Source: a virus. Taken from it: a DNA stretch of 51,231 bases. The stretch lies in IMG/VR virus record IMGVR_UViG_3300045988_044272. One strand, 5' to 3'. The notes below the pieces were generated by a model. The model was given only the letters and a program-made list of their open reading frames with translations, searched no databases and was not told the DNA's origin. Positions 34,560-42,307 of the stretch are shown here, in pieces (position 1 is the first letter of the stretch; every line of letters begins with the position of its first letter). Both the position numbers and the translations under genes were made by a program.

Positions 34560-35213
34560 TTAGAATAATTTTAATTGTGCTTGGTGATACAATAAGCGCT
34601 GTTTGGCTGCATTGAAATATCCGGGGTCAAGTTCAATCCCCAACATTTCAAACCCTAAATTGTGTGCTGCTATACAAATAGAACCCGAACCCAAATGGGT
34701 ATCAAGGATTCTTTCACCCGGTTTTGCATAATGCACCAATAACCATTCGTAAAGTTTAATCGGCTTTTCGGTTGGGTGTATGGTGTTTTGCTTTGCCAAC
34801 TCACAACGGTTTATTGTTACAACCCTTGTCGGGCAATCAAAAGATGAATATGCAAGTTCACAATCTGACATTGTTAGCCCGGTTTGCCCCTTGAACCAAC
34901 AAATCCAACCTTTCGTGCCTTTTGTCAAATTCTCCACAAAGTAATTCGCACCCCAAATTATTTGATTGCGCGACACTCTTTCAAGTTCCCGGAAATACTC
35001 ACGGGGGGGGGTATTTTTATCCCATCCTTTTTGCTCATGGGCTTTTCGGTTGTGTTTTGGGTTTTTGCACACACATTTCTTTTGACCATCAACCCCGATT
35101 CCATAAGGCGGGTCACAAATAGCAAGGTCAAAGGCATTGTCCGGCAAATTCCGCATTACTTCCATACAATCACCATTCACAAGTTGAATACCCCCGAATG
35201 ATTCAATTTTCAT
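34560..35213 (-). CDS. DNA methyltransferase (N6-adenine/N4-cytosine, beta class), no cognate endonuclease
   Basis: Motif IV ICDPPYGIG precedes the AdoMet motif DTHLGSGSICIAA. Contains a C9 coding-strand tract at 35003..35011. Confidence 0.85.
   Translation of the reverse strand: MKIESFGGIQLVNGDCMEVMRNLPDNAFDLAICDPPYGIGVDGQKKCVCKNPKHNRKAHEQKGWDKNTPPREYFRELERVSRNQIIWGANYFVENLTKGTKGWICWFKGQTGLTMSDCELAYSSFDCPTRVVTINRCELAKQNTIHPTEKPIKLYEWLLVHYAKPGERILDTHLGSGSICIAAHNLGFEMLGIELDPGYFNAAKQRLLYHQAQLKLF
35003..35011. repeat. G9 homopolymer (C9 on the coding strand) inside the DPPY methyltransferase gene
   Basis: acgggggggggta read directly. It encodes T-P-P-R (acc ccc ccc cgt). It is the longest G/C run I found in the window. 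Confidence 0.9.
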
Positions 35214-35781
35214 ATTGATTTCTTGTAACTATATCAAATACCGCTTTTGTCAATTCAATGTCATACATGGCATCATGCAATGATTCATCATTGACATTCA
35301 CACCAAGGGTTTTTGCAACTGTTGATAACTTGAAGTTTTCCATATCGGGGCGACGGGTCGCAAGATATGCGGAAGCAAGCACCATTACATCAATTGAGTT
35401 TGACCAAAACCAAGAACCGAAATAAACATCGCCATTCTGCAAGAAGAATCCACGCAAAAATTGGTTATCGAAAGCCGCATTGTTATAACCGACCAAAAAG
35501 AACTTATCCTTTTTGTTGAACTTGTCCACATACTTGCCAAGCATAGCCACAAACTCTTGATAAACTTGTTGCATCGGCGGGTATGCAAGTATTTGTTCGC
35601 GTGTTACACCGCCCACTTTCAAGGCTTCATCTTCAATCATTGCCCTTGGGTTGGGTTGAACGTGAAAGTCGAATGTTTCTTTTATCACGCCATCAATCAC
35701 GATTTGCCCGGATATTTGGTGAATACCATGTTTGCCGGGGTTTGTTCCTGTTGTTTCAAGGTCGAAAAATACTAATTTCAT
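35203..35781 (-). CDS. DnaQ-like 3'-5' exonuclease
   Basis: MKLVFFDLETTG (Exo I), GYNNAAFD (Exo II) and HDAMYDIELT (Exo III). Confidence 0.85.
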   Translation of the reverse strand: MKLVFFDLETTGTNPGKHGIHQISGQIVIDGVIKETFDFHVQPNPRAMIEDEALKVGGVTREQILAYPPMQQVYQEFVAMLGKYVDKFNKKDKFFLVGYNNAAFDNQFLRGFFLQNGDVYFGSWFWSNSIDVMVLASAYLATRRPDMENFKLSTVAKTLGVNVNDESLHDAMYDIELTKAVFDIVTRNQYEN

Positions 35782-35790
35782 TGTTTTTGA

Positions 35791-36120
35791 TTATTTGGTT
35801 TTGTTATATTCTTCTTCAACACGTTGTAAGACATATTCAAGTGGGCGTTCTTTTATGAACCGTTCCTTTTCTTCGTTTGTCAAAGATTGACATTGCTTGA
35901 CATATGTTCTTGCGTGGGCTTCCATGACTTCCGGCAATGTAGCCTTACTCCAACAATGTTCGCATAAGGAGAATGTGCCGAATGAATCACTTAGCTCAAT
36001 GGATTTGGGCTTGCATACTGACCAAGGCAAACTGCAAATTTCGCAAGTTCCAAAAGACGGATAAAGTATTTGATACGCCCTTACTACAAATGGCAATCTT
36101 TTTATTCTTTCAATTTCCAT
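35791..36120 (-). CDS. Hypothetical Cys-rich protein
   Basis: 109 aa with CEIC...C...CEHC. A copy of the 16-nt motif lies 9 nt upstream of its ATG. Confidence 0.5.
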   Translation of the reverse strand: MEIERIKRLPFVVRAYQILYPSFGTCEICSLPWSVCKPKSIELSDSFGTFSLCEHCWSKATLPEVMEAHARTYVKQCQSLTNEEKERFIKERPLEYVLQRVEEEYNKTK

Positions 36121-36129
36121 ACTGTTTTT

Positions 36130-36145
36130 GTTTTATAGTGATACA
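36130..36145 (-). promoter_or_regulatory. 16-nt motif copy, 9 nt upstream of ATG 36120
   Basis: Plus-strand gttttatagtgataca, exact. Confidence 0.6.
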
Positions 36146-36152
36146 AATAATT

Positions 36153-37220
36153 CTAAATTTTTGATAGCCAATACTCCCATATTCGGCTTGCGATTTGTGC
36201 CATCATCACGGGTGGCACCGACATTCCACAAACATAATGCGGTGGTTGCCCGGCAAAGTTGTAATCTTGCGGGAATGATGAAATGCAACACACTTCACTT
36301 TGCCCCAAGAACCGGGGTTGCTCAAAATGAATCAAGCAAGATTCTTTGCTTGCAAGGGTGGGGCAAATTCTATCCAAGTACACATAAGTTTGATTAAAAT
36401 TGCTTCCTTTGCCGAATAACCTTTCATTTGCCGCACCTTGGTTCAAATCACCTTTTTGGCGGTTATCCCATAGCAAACGTATTGTTTTGCTCTTTGCTTC
36501 ACGACCTTTGAAGTCTGCAACCTCACCAAACATTATCGGCTTTTCGTTAAAGTCTAAATTCAAAGCCGGAACAACATCGAACAAGCCTTGCGAAACAAGG
36601 AAAGGCGCGGCAATATCTTTACGCAAGCACACGAAAAATACACGTTCACGGCGTTGGGGAACACCCATTTTTTGTGCATCAAGCAACCAATGTTGGCAAT
36701 AATACCCGGCATCCTCGAAACCATCATAAATGCGCCTTACATAGTTCTTGGCTTCACCAAGTAGCAATCCTTTTACATTTTCCGCAACAACCACTTTGGG
36801 CTGTAACCTCTTTGCAAGGTCTATGAAATCGAAAAACAACGTGTCCAACACTTGTTCCGCCTGCCCCTCACGAAAATGTTTCATCTTACCCCAAGCATCT
36901 TCACGGCTTCCAGCTATTGAAAAGGTAGAACAAGGGGGCGAACCGTCCAAAATATCAAGATTGAACAATTCGGGTGGCAAATCATTTTTTTCTTTGAACG
37001 TCTGTATCGGTTCAAGGAAAGGGAAACGCGGATTGTGATTTTGGCAATAGGTGTACATCATACGGTGGTCTATCTCATTGCACCCTATCACATCAAACCC
37101 GGCAAGTTTGTAACCCATAGAACTGCCCCCCCCACACGCAAAACAAGAAAATACCTTGCCTTTGTCCTTGGTGAAGTCGGCACCTTTCAACGTCCAACGG
37201 TAATCATATTTGTGCATCAT
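36153..37220 (-). CDS. dcm: DNA (cytosine-5)-methyltransferase, no cognate endonuclease
   Basis: Motif I FSCFACGGGSS, motif IV GSPPCSTFS, ENV motif VVAENVKG, and QRRERVFF. Contains a G8 coding-strand tract at 37126..37133. Confidence 0.9.
   Translation of the reverse strand: MMHKYDYRWTLKGADFTKDKGKVFSCFACGGGSSMGYKLAGFDVIGCNEIDHRMMYTYCQNHNPRFPFLEPIQTFKEKNDLPPELFNLDILDGSPPCSTFSIAGSREDAWGKMKHFREGQAEQVLDTLFFDFIDLAKRLQPKVVVAENVKGLLLGEAKNYVRRIYDGFEDAGYYCQHWLLDAQKMGVPQRRERVFFVCLRKDIAAPFLVSQGLFDVVPALNLDFNEKPIMFGEVADFKGREAKSKTIRLLWDNRQKGDLNQGAANERLFGKGSNFNQTYVYLDRICPTLASKESCLIHFEQPRFLGQSEVCCISSFPQDYNFAGQPPHYVCGMSVPPVMMAQIASRIWEYWLSKI
37126..37133. repeat. C8 homopolymer (G8 on the coding strand) inside the C5-methyltransferase gene
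   Basis: ctgccccccccaca read directly. It encodes the GGG of motif I (tgt ggg ggg ggc). Confidence 0.9.
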
Positions 37221-37810
37221 TTAATTGTTTTATTTAATATATTGTTTACTCTCGTTGCTATTTCTCTGAATTGTGGATTGTACTTGAAATCATCTTGATA
37301 CTTCTTCAGCAAATGAAGCATGGTTGAATGGTCGCGGTGTACGTATTCGGCAATCTTTGTAAGTTTCATTTTGTGCATCCGGCAATGGTACACGAAAATC
37401 ATTCTTGCAAAGAACCCGTCACGCTTTCTTGATTTTGTTATGTATTCATTGAATTTCAAGCCCGTTACTTCGTGAATGGCATTTTGTATCTGCAACACAA
37501 AAAGATTGTTACGAACTACATTGGATTCAAACCAAATATCCTTACCCATCCTTATTGCTATATCATATTCAATTGAAGCCCCGGTTGAATCCACCCAATT
37601 ATCCATCATATAGATTGCATCGCAAGACAAAAGCATTTCAATGTCCTTGCATAAGTGTTCATTCCAAGAAGTATCTTTGTCAAGACCATTTTTCAAGGGG
37701 TTGGCAACCTCAAATCCAAGTTCGGTCAATAAATCTTCCGCACCACTGAACCGTTCTTGCACTTCATCATAAGGCAAACCGCTTATCTTTCCTGATATGT
37801 ATATTCTCAT
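37217..37810 (-). CDS. Fusion protein: DUF4406 (nucleoside 2-deoxyribosyltransferase-like) N-domain plus DnaA domain IV-like HTH C-domain
   Basis: N-terminal MRIYISGKISGLP...CDAIYMMDNWVDSTGASIEYDIA is DUF4406-like. C-terminal SRKRDGFFARMIFVYHCR...IAEYVHRDHSTMLHLLKK parallels DnaA ...RSVARPRQMAMALAKE...RDHTTVLHACRK. Confidence 0.65.
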   Translation of the reverse strand: MRIYISGKISGLPYDEVQERFSGAEDLLTELGFEVANPLKNGLDKDTSWNEHLCKDIEMLLSCDAIYMMDNWVDSTGASIEYDIAIRMGKDIWFESNVVRNNLFVLQIQNAIHEVTGLKFNEYITKSRKRDGFFARMIFVYHCRMHKMKLTKIAEYVHRDHSTMLHLLKKYQDDFKYNPQFREIATRVNNILNKTIK

Positions 37811-38604
37811 GGCTGCAAGTTCTTTTGGTTGTTGTGCAAAAACTTATTCACAAAGTACACTTGCCCTTTGCCCGTTACCTTGGTCGTGTTGGATATAAGG
37901 GTGTCGCCGTTAGGTTTCTGAATGGTCGTTTTCTTAATCTCGAACAACCCAAGTTCCATCGCCTTTTGTGTCGGCTGATTGTACCTTTCACCGTGTTGGC
38001 ACAAGTAGCCATTTTCACGCATCCAAGCGAAAAGCCTTTTTTCTCCCGTATTCACTCCATTTTGGCAAATGATTTTTGCAAGTTCTCCAATCAAGACCGA
38101 TTCATTGGAAGTTTCAACGGCTTGTGAGAATAAAACACGTGGGGCGTCGGCTTCAATCTTCTTTTGTTGTTGCTCGATTTGTTCAGCCTGTGAAGCTGCA
38201 AGGCGCAATGCTTCGGCAAAAGATTGTGGTATTGCCGGGGTGGTGGGGGCTTGTTGTACTTGCCTGACAACCCTTTCCATTGCATTGAATTGTTCAATAA
38301 AGCCGACCTTGAATTGCATAGCCTTTGCCCCGGTCAAACCCATAGCAAGCAAAGAAAAGCCGTCACGGTTCATTATGAACATCGGGCGTGGCTTACCTTG
38401 TGCATCAAGATATGTTGATTCATAGAACCAATGGCGGTGGGCTGAATTTTCAGCCGACCCCAAAATGTTGCGAACCGCTTGCATTATATTCTTATGCTGC
38501 TTTCCGAACACTTGTGCCACTTTTAGGGAATCCGTTACGGGCGTTCCCTTTTCTGTCTTATAGACCACGTTTTGTTGAATGATAATACTGTTCATTGTTA
38601 TCAT
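37807..38604 (-). CDS. Rha-family regulator / antirepressor (KilAC-like C-terminus)
   Basis: The N-terminus TDSLKVAQVFGKQHKNIMQAVRNI is typical of phage pRha. The C-terminus LIGELAKIICQNGVNTGEKRLFAWMRENGYL is typical of KilAC/ANT. Confidence 0.75.
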   Translation of the reverse strand: MITMNSIIIQQNVVYKTEKGTPVTDSLKVAQVFGKQHKNIMQAVRNILGSAENSAHRHWFYESTYLDAQGKPRPMFIMNRDGFSLLAMGLTGAKAMQFKVGFIEQFNAMERVVRQVQQAPTTPAIPQSFAEALRLAASQAEQIEQQQKKIEADAPRVLFSQAVETSNESVLIGELAKIICQNGVNTGEKRLFAWMRENGYLCQHGERYNQPTQKAMELGLFEIKKTTIQKPNGDTLISNTTKVTGKGQVYFVNKFLHNNQKNLQP

Positions 38605-38620
38605 AGAATTTGTTAGTTAA

Positions 38621-38797
38621 TTATTCCGCATCATCATCAAAAAATTCTCGGTTCTCGTCCATAAATGCTTCAAATGCTTCATCGCAATATACACCCTCAC
38701 ACAATGAATCAAATTGATGGTCGATTTCACCGTTTTTCCAAGGGCAAAATGCACATAGTTCATCGCCCAATTGCTTTTTTAATTCTGAATCTTCCAT
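38621..38797 (-). CDS. Hypothetical acidic Cys-containing protein
   Basis: The likely start is MEDSELKK at 38797, 5 nt past the upstream stop (the track start is 38881). Confidence 0.4.
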   Translation of the reverse strand: MEDSELKKQLGDELCAFCPWKNGEIDHQFDSLCEGVYCDEAFEAFMDENREFFDDDAE

Positions 38798-38801
38798 TTG
38801 A

Positions 38802-39551
38802 TTATAATTTTCTTCTGTCCTTTCCTTTGATTTCAAAGTAATTACACATTTCCACCAACCGACTTGCCACACGGTCGCCATAACGGTTCATTAATACATC
38901 ACCTTGCATCTTCATGTTGGAAGTTATCAAAGTCATTTCATCGCATTTGTCGCCCCGGTATTCGATAAGCTGCCGGACTACATCAATACGATTACCCATG
39001 TACAAGTTTTCTTGTGGTTCTTGCCCGAAATCCTGAATGCCAAGCATCGGTTGTTTTTTGAATATCTGGAAATTGCCATTCTCAACGAAGTAGTCACACA
39101 AAGCATCTGCACGAATAATCCGCCACCATAGGGGGCGTGGTTGTGAATCATCTTGCCAAAGAACTTTGAAGCCGAAAGCCGTGCAATATGCTTGCATTAT
39201 TTCCAAACACCATGATTTGCCCGACCCTGTATTTCCGGCAATGTATATTCCACGCTTCAATCGCCCCGGTATCACTTGCCCTGTATTGGGGTCAAGGCAT
39301 TTCATTGACGGGTCGCAATGCGCCCATTTGATGAAGTTTTCGTAAGTGAATCGGTTTTCATCATCAATTACGAATTTCGGGTTTCGGCTTTTGCCAATCG
39401 CTTCAACAATCTTCAATGCTTCATTTACATCATAGTGAATGTATTGGTAGCGTTGGAAGCCCGCAAATAATCCACGCTGATTGATTGCATGAAGTATTTG
39501 TTCAATACTTGGCATCTGAATCTTTTTGTTATTTCCGTCTTTTACTTCCAT
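38802..39551 (-). CDS. DnaC/IstB-like AAA ATPase (replicative helicase loader-like)
   Basis: Walker A GIYIAGNTGSGKSW. LITSN-type segment MTLITSNM. Adjacent to the replisome organizer gene. Confidence 0.6.
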   Translation of the reverse strand: MEVKDGNNKKIQMPSIEQILHAINQRGLFAGFQRYQYIHYDVNEALKIVEAIGKSRNPKFVIDDENRFTYENFIKWAHCDPSMKCLDPNTGQVIPGRLKRGIYIAGNTGSGKSWCLEIMQAYCTAFGFKVLWQDDSQPRPLWWRIIRADALCDYFVENGNFQIFKKQPMLGIQDFGQEPQENLYMGNRIDVVRQLIEYRGDKCDEMTLITSNMKMQGDVLMNRYGDRVASRLVEMCNYFEIKGKDRRKL

Positions 39552-40237
39552 TCGTCATTCACTTTTGTTGTTGTCTTGTTGCCTGAATATGCCGACCGCC
39601 TTTCTTTTTCTCCTTTTGCCCAATTGCGAATGGCGGCTTTCCAATCTTTCATCTTGTTTTTACCGACAAACCAACCTTTGCTTTCGTAGAAGTCGAAAAA
39701 CCTTTCAGCATCGAAAGAATATCCCTTTTCAAGAATATAAGCCCTTATTTCTTCAATTGTGGGCGGTAAAAAGCGGTGTCCGCTTTTCTCTTTTATATTC
39801 TCTTTATTATCTTCTTTTCTTTCCTTTTCTTTTCTTTCCTTTGCATCATTTTGCAATGCACTTGCATCGGCTTTGCATTGCTCTTGCTTATCCTTACTTG
39901 ATTGCCAACGCTTTATGGCTGCTGCTTTTCGCTTTTCCGCTATGTCCGCACGTTTACCAAGGCGTGTTATTACTGACTTTGACCAAAACTTTTCACCATC
40001 ATTAGTGAACAAATCAAAGTCATTCACGACACTTTCAACCATTGCTACATCAACGTGCAATGCAAATGCAATACTTTTGCACGATTTCAAAGGCAAATGC
40101 CCCCCTTGTTCGTATAATTGTTCTACAACGCACCAAAAGACACCTAACCCCGCCGCCCCGTGCTCAATCAAAACATCTTGCAACTTTGGGTCGGTTCGTG
40201 CATTGTAATCATGTTGAAAATAGAATGTATCTTTCAT
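39542..40237 (-). CDS. Phage replisome organizer / replication initiation protein (DUF4373-like N-terminus)
   Basis: MKDTFYFQHDYNARTDPKLQDVLIEHGAAGLGVFWCVVEQLY matches the DUF4373 pattern. Confidence 0.6.
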   Translation of the reverse strand: MKDTFYFQHDYNARTDPKLQDVLIEHGAAGLGVFWCVVEQLYEQGGHLPLKSCKSIAFALHVDVAMVESVVNDFDLFTNDGEKFWSKSVITRLGKRADIAEKRKAAAIKRWQSSKDKQEQCKADASALQNDAKERKEKERKEDNKENIKEKSGHRFLPPTIEEIRAYILEKGYSFDAERFFDFYESKGWFVGKNKMKDWKAAIRNWAKGEKERRSAYSGNKTTTKVNDEWK

Positions 40238-41016
40238 CTTACAACGTGTTTTTGTGATTCACCAATGCCAAACAATGCAAAGTCATATTTACATGGGTCT
40301 GTGGGGTCGAAAACCGCCAAATTTCGCGTCAATTCTTCAACCGTCTTGCGGTCATTACTTTTGCGTGTAATCAACCCCAATTCGCGCCCGATTCGGGCAA
40401 CATGGACATCAAGGGGCATCATCAGCTTGTCGGGTGTCAATTCGTGCCAAATACCTAAATCAACAATACCATCTTGACGACACAACCAACGCAACATCAG
40501 GTTCAAGCGTTTGCAAGCCGAACCGCCTTTGTGTGAATTGCCTTGCGGATTGGGAAAATGCTTTGAATAACTGCCGTTTGCATCTTTGAATATTTCACGC
40601 AACTTGGTGAATCCCGCCCATACGTCAAAACCTCGTTCTTTGAAGAAATATTCCAAAGTGTCATAAGTTCCCGTAATCCAATATGCAAGTTGCAACCCAC
40701 TACACATATACGCCAAATCCCGCCCAAAGAATGTGCGGTGGATATTGCAATTCGGGTCTATATGCTTCCACCCATCTTGCATCACAAAGTCATAAGGTTT
40801 GCCATCCATAATGTCAAACAACATCTTTTGGCAACCTGTCATTATCTGTTTCCTATTACCCCAAGCGATTGTTGAAGCAAGGAACGCGGCAATTTCAATG
40901 TCTTGTTGGGATTTGCCCAAGAAACAACGTGGAAACAACACCGGGTCATTATCCATGAATGCCGTTGTGTTATATCTTGCCACAAGGGATTCCAATGTTA
41001 TCTTCAAATCATTCAT
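40234..41016 (-). CDS. TIGR02757 (DUF2400) family protein
   Basis: DNDPVLFPRCF...DIEIAAFLASTIAWGNRKQI...GKPYDFVM matches my recollection of the family signature. The start was chosen at MNDLK (41016), which is preceded by a hairpin and atatcgcaacaATG. Confidence 0.55.
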   Translation of the reverse strand: MNDLKITLESLVARYNTTAFMDNDPVLFPRCFLGKSQQDIEIAAFLASTIAWGNRKQIMTGCQKMLFDIMDGKPYDFVMQDGWKHIDPNCNIHRTFFGRDLAYMCSGLQLAYWITGTYDTLEYFFKERGFDVWAGFTKLREIFKDANGSYSKHFPNPQGNSHKGGSACKRLNLMLRWLCRQDGIVDLGIWHELTPDKLMMPLDVHVARIGRELGLITRKSNDRKTVEELTRNLAVFDPTDPCKYDFALFGIGESQKHVVR

Positions 41017-41070
41017 TGTTGCGATATTTAAGCCCCCGACCCGGCACAAAGTCAAGCCGGGGGCACTCTG

Positions 41071-41820
41071 TTAAACCTCAATGATTGCGATTTCCGGCGC
41101 AATCTCCCTTATTTGCTTCAATTGTTCATCAATCACCTTGTCGCGCAAATCTTCAAGTGTGGCTTGCGCACCGGGTGAAAGAAGTACGAACGCAACTTCA
41201 CGTCCATTTACTTGTGCAAATGTTTCAACCTCTATTGTTTCGGGTTGCATACCCTTGAAAATGGGCATTTGAATTGTGAATGATTCGGGCAAATTGGAAT
41301 TGACCACTTGTGCAAAATTATCCGTTCGATTACCATTTTCTTTCACGGCACGGTCAATCTTGTTGTTCACATCGGCGGTAAAGTTCATCAGGCATGAAAC
41401 CAATTTCATGTTTTCGGAACGGTCGGCAAAGAATGCCCGATTCATCTTGATAAACATTCCAAGTTCCGTCGGTGTCCAAATCTTACCGCCATTTATTCCG
41501 AACTCAACAAATTTGGGGTTGTAGCCCAATTTGCCGACTATTTCACCACGTTTGTATTCATCCGCTTCATTGATTATCAAAGTGATTTCAATATTTTCAC
41601 GGTTTACAAGAATATGGCAATCCTTTTGGGCAAATTGTCCTGTGTTGATTCTCTTTGTTAGATATTCAACGACTGCACCAATTACACCGTTCAATTTGGT
41701 TTTGACGGGTGCTTTGGGGTCAAGTTCCTTTGGTGCTACACCCTCACGCAACACTAATTCAGCTTTTGCCATTCCGGGGGCAAAGTTGATTTGTAATTTC
41801 TCATTCTGCATATTATTCAA
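41071..41820 (-). CDS. Hypothetical protein
   Basis: 249-aa ORF in the early operon; no motif recognised. Confidence 0.55.
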   Translation of the reverse strand: MNNMQNEKLQINFAPGMAKAELVLREGVAPKELDPKAPVKTKLNGVIGAVVEYLTKRINTGQFAQKDCHILVNRENIEITLIINEADEYKRGEIVGKLGYNPKFVEFGINGGKIWTPTELGMFIKMNRAFFADRSENMKLVSCLMNFTADVNNKIDRAVKENGNRTDNFAQVVNSNLPESFTIQMPIFKGMQPETIEVETFAQVNGREVAFVLLSPGAQATLEDLRDKVIDEQLKQIREIAPEIAIIEV

Positions 41821-41831
41821 TTTTTAAATGG

Positions 41832-42278
41832 TTAATCATTAGTTCCTGTTTTCCTTTCGGTGTTCATTCGTATTCCTTGAAAGATGGTTGGTTGAAGTTC
41901 ATCCGCTGTTGCTGGTCTGCATTCAATCAAATCACCCTCATCATTGTAAAACCCAGTTTCCTTTCTGTCTTGGTCTGTAAATCTGTAACATACTTCCGTC
42001 ACATATTCAGCCTTTGACTTGATATTTGAAACCATATTTGTTCTTGCTTCTTTCAATGGTTTCAATCTGCCTTTATATTCGGCTTGTGATTGCTTCATTT
42101 CCGCTTCGATTTCGGCGATTTCGATTGAAACATTGGCAAGTTTTTCTTTATGCCCTTGCAGTTCTTCCGGGCTGTATGGTTTCATGTACCCTTTGTTTTC
42201 AACGCCATCGCAATTGTCTTTCAAAAATGCGATACGTTGCATCTTGTTTTCGTATTCTTTTCCAAGCGTCTTATCCAT
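41832..42278 (-). CDS. Hypothetical coiled-coil protein
   Basis: 148-aa ORF. A copy of the 16-nt motif lies 8 nt upstream of its ATG. Confidence 0.5.
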   Translation of the reverse strand: MDKTLGKEYENKMQRIAFLKDNCDGVENKGYMKPYSPEELQGHKEKLANVSIEIAEIEAEMKQSQAEYKGRLKPLKEARTNMVSNIKSKAEYVTEVCYRFTDQDRKETGFYNDEGDLIECRPATADELQPTIFQGIRMNTERKTGTND

Positions 42279-42286
42279 AATATTTC

Positions 42287-42302
42287 GTTTTATAGTGATA
42301 CA
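42287..42302 (-). promoter_or_regulatory. 16-nt motif copy, 8 nt upstream of ATG 42278 and 5 nt downstream of the DGR target 2 stop
   Basis: Plus-strand gttttatagtgataca, exact. Confidence 0.6.
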
Positions 42303-42307
42303 CTTGA

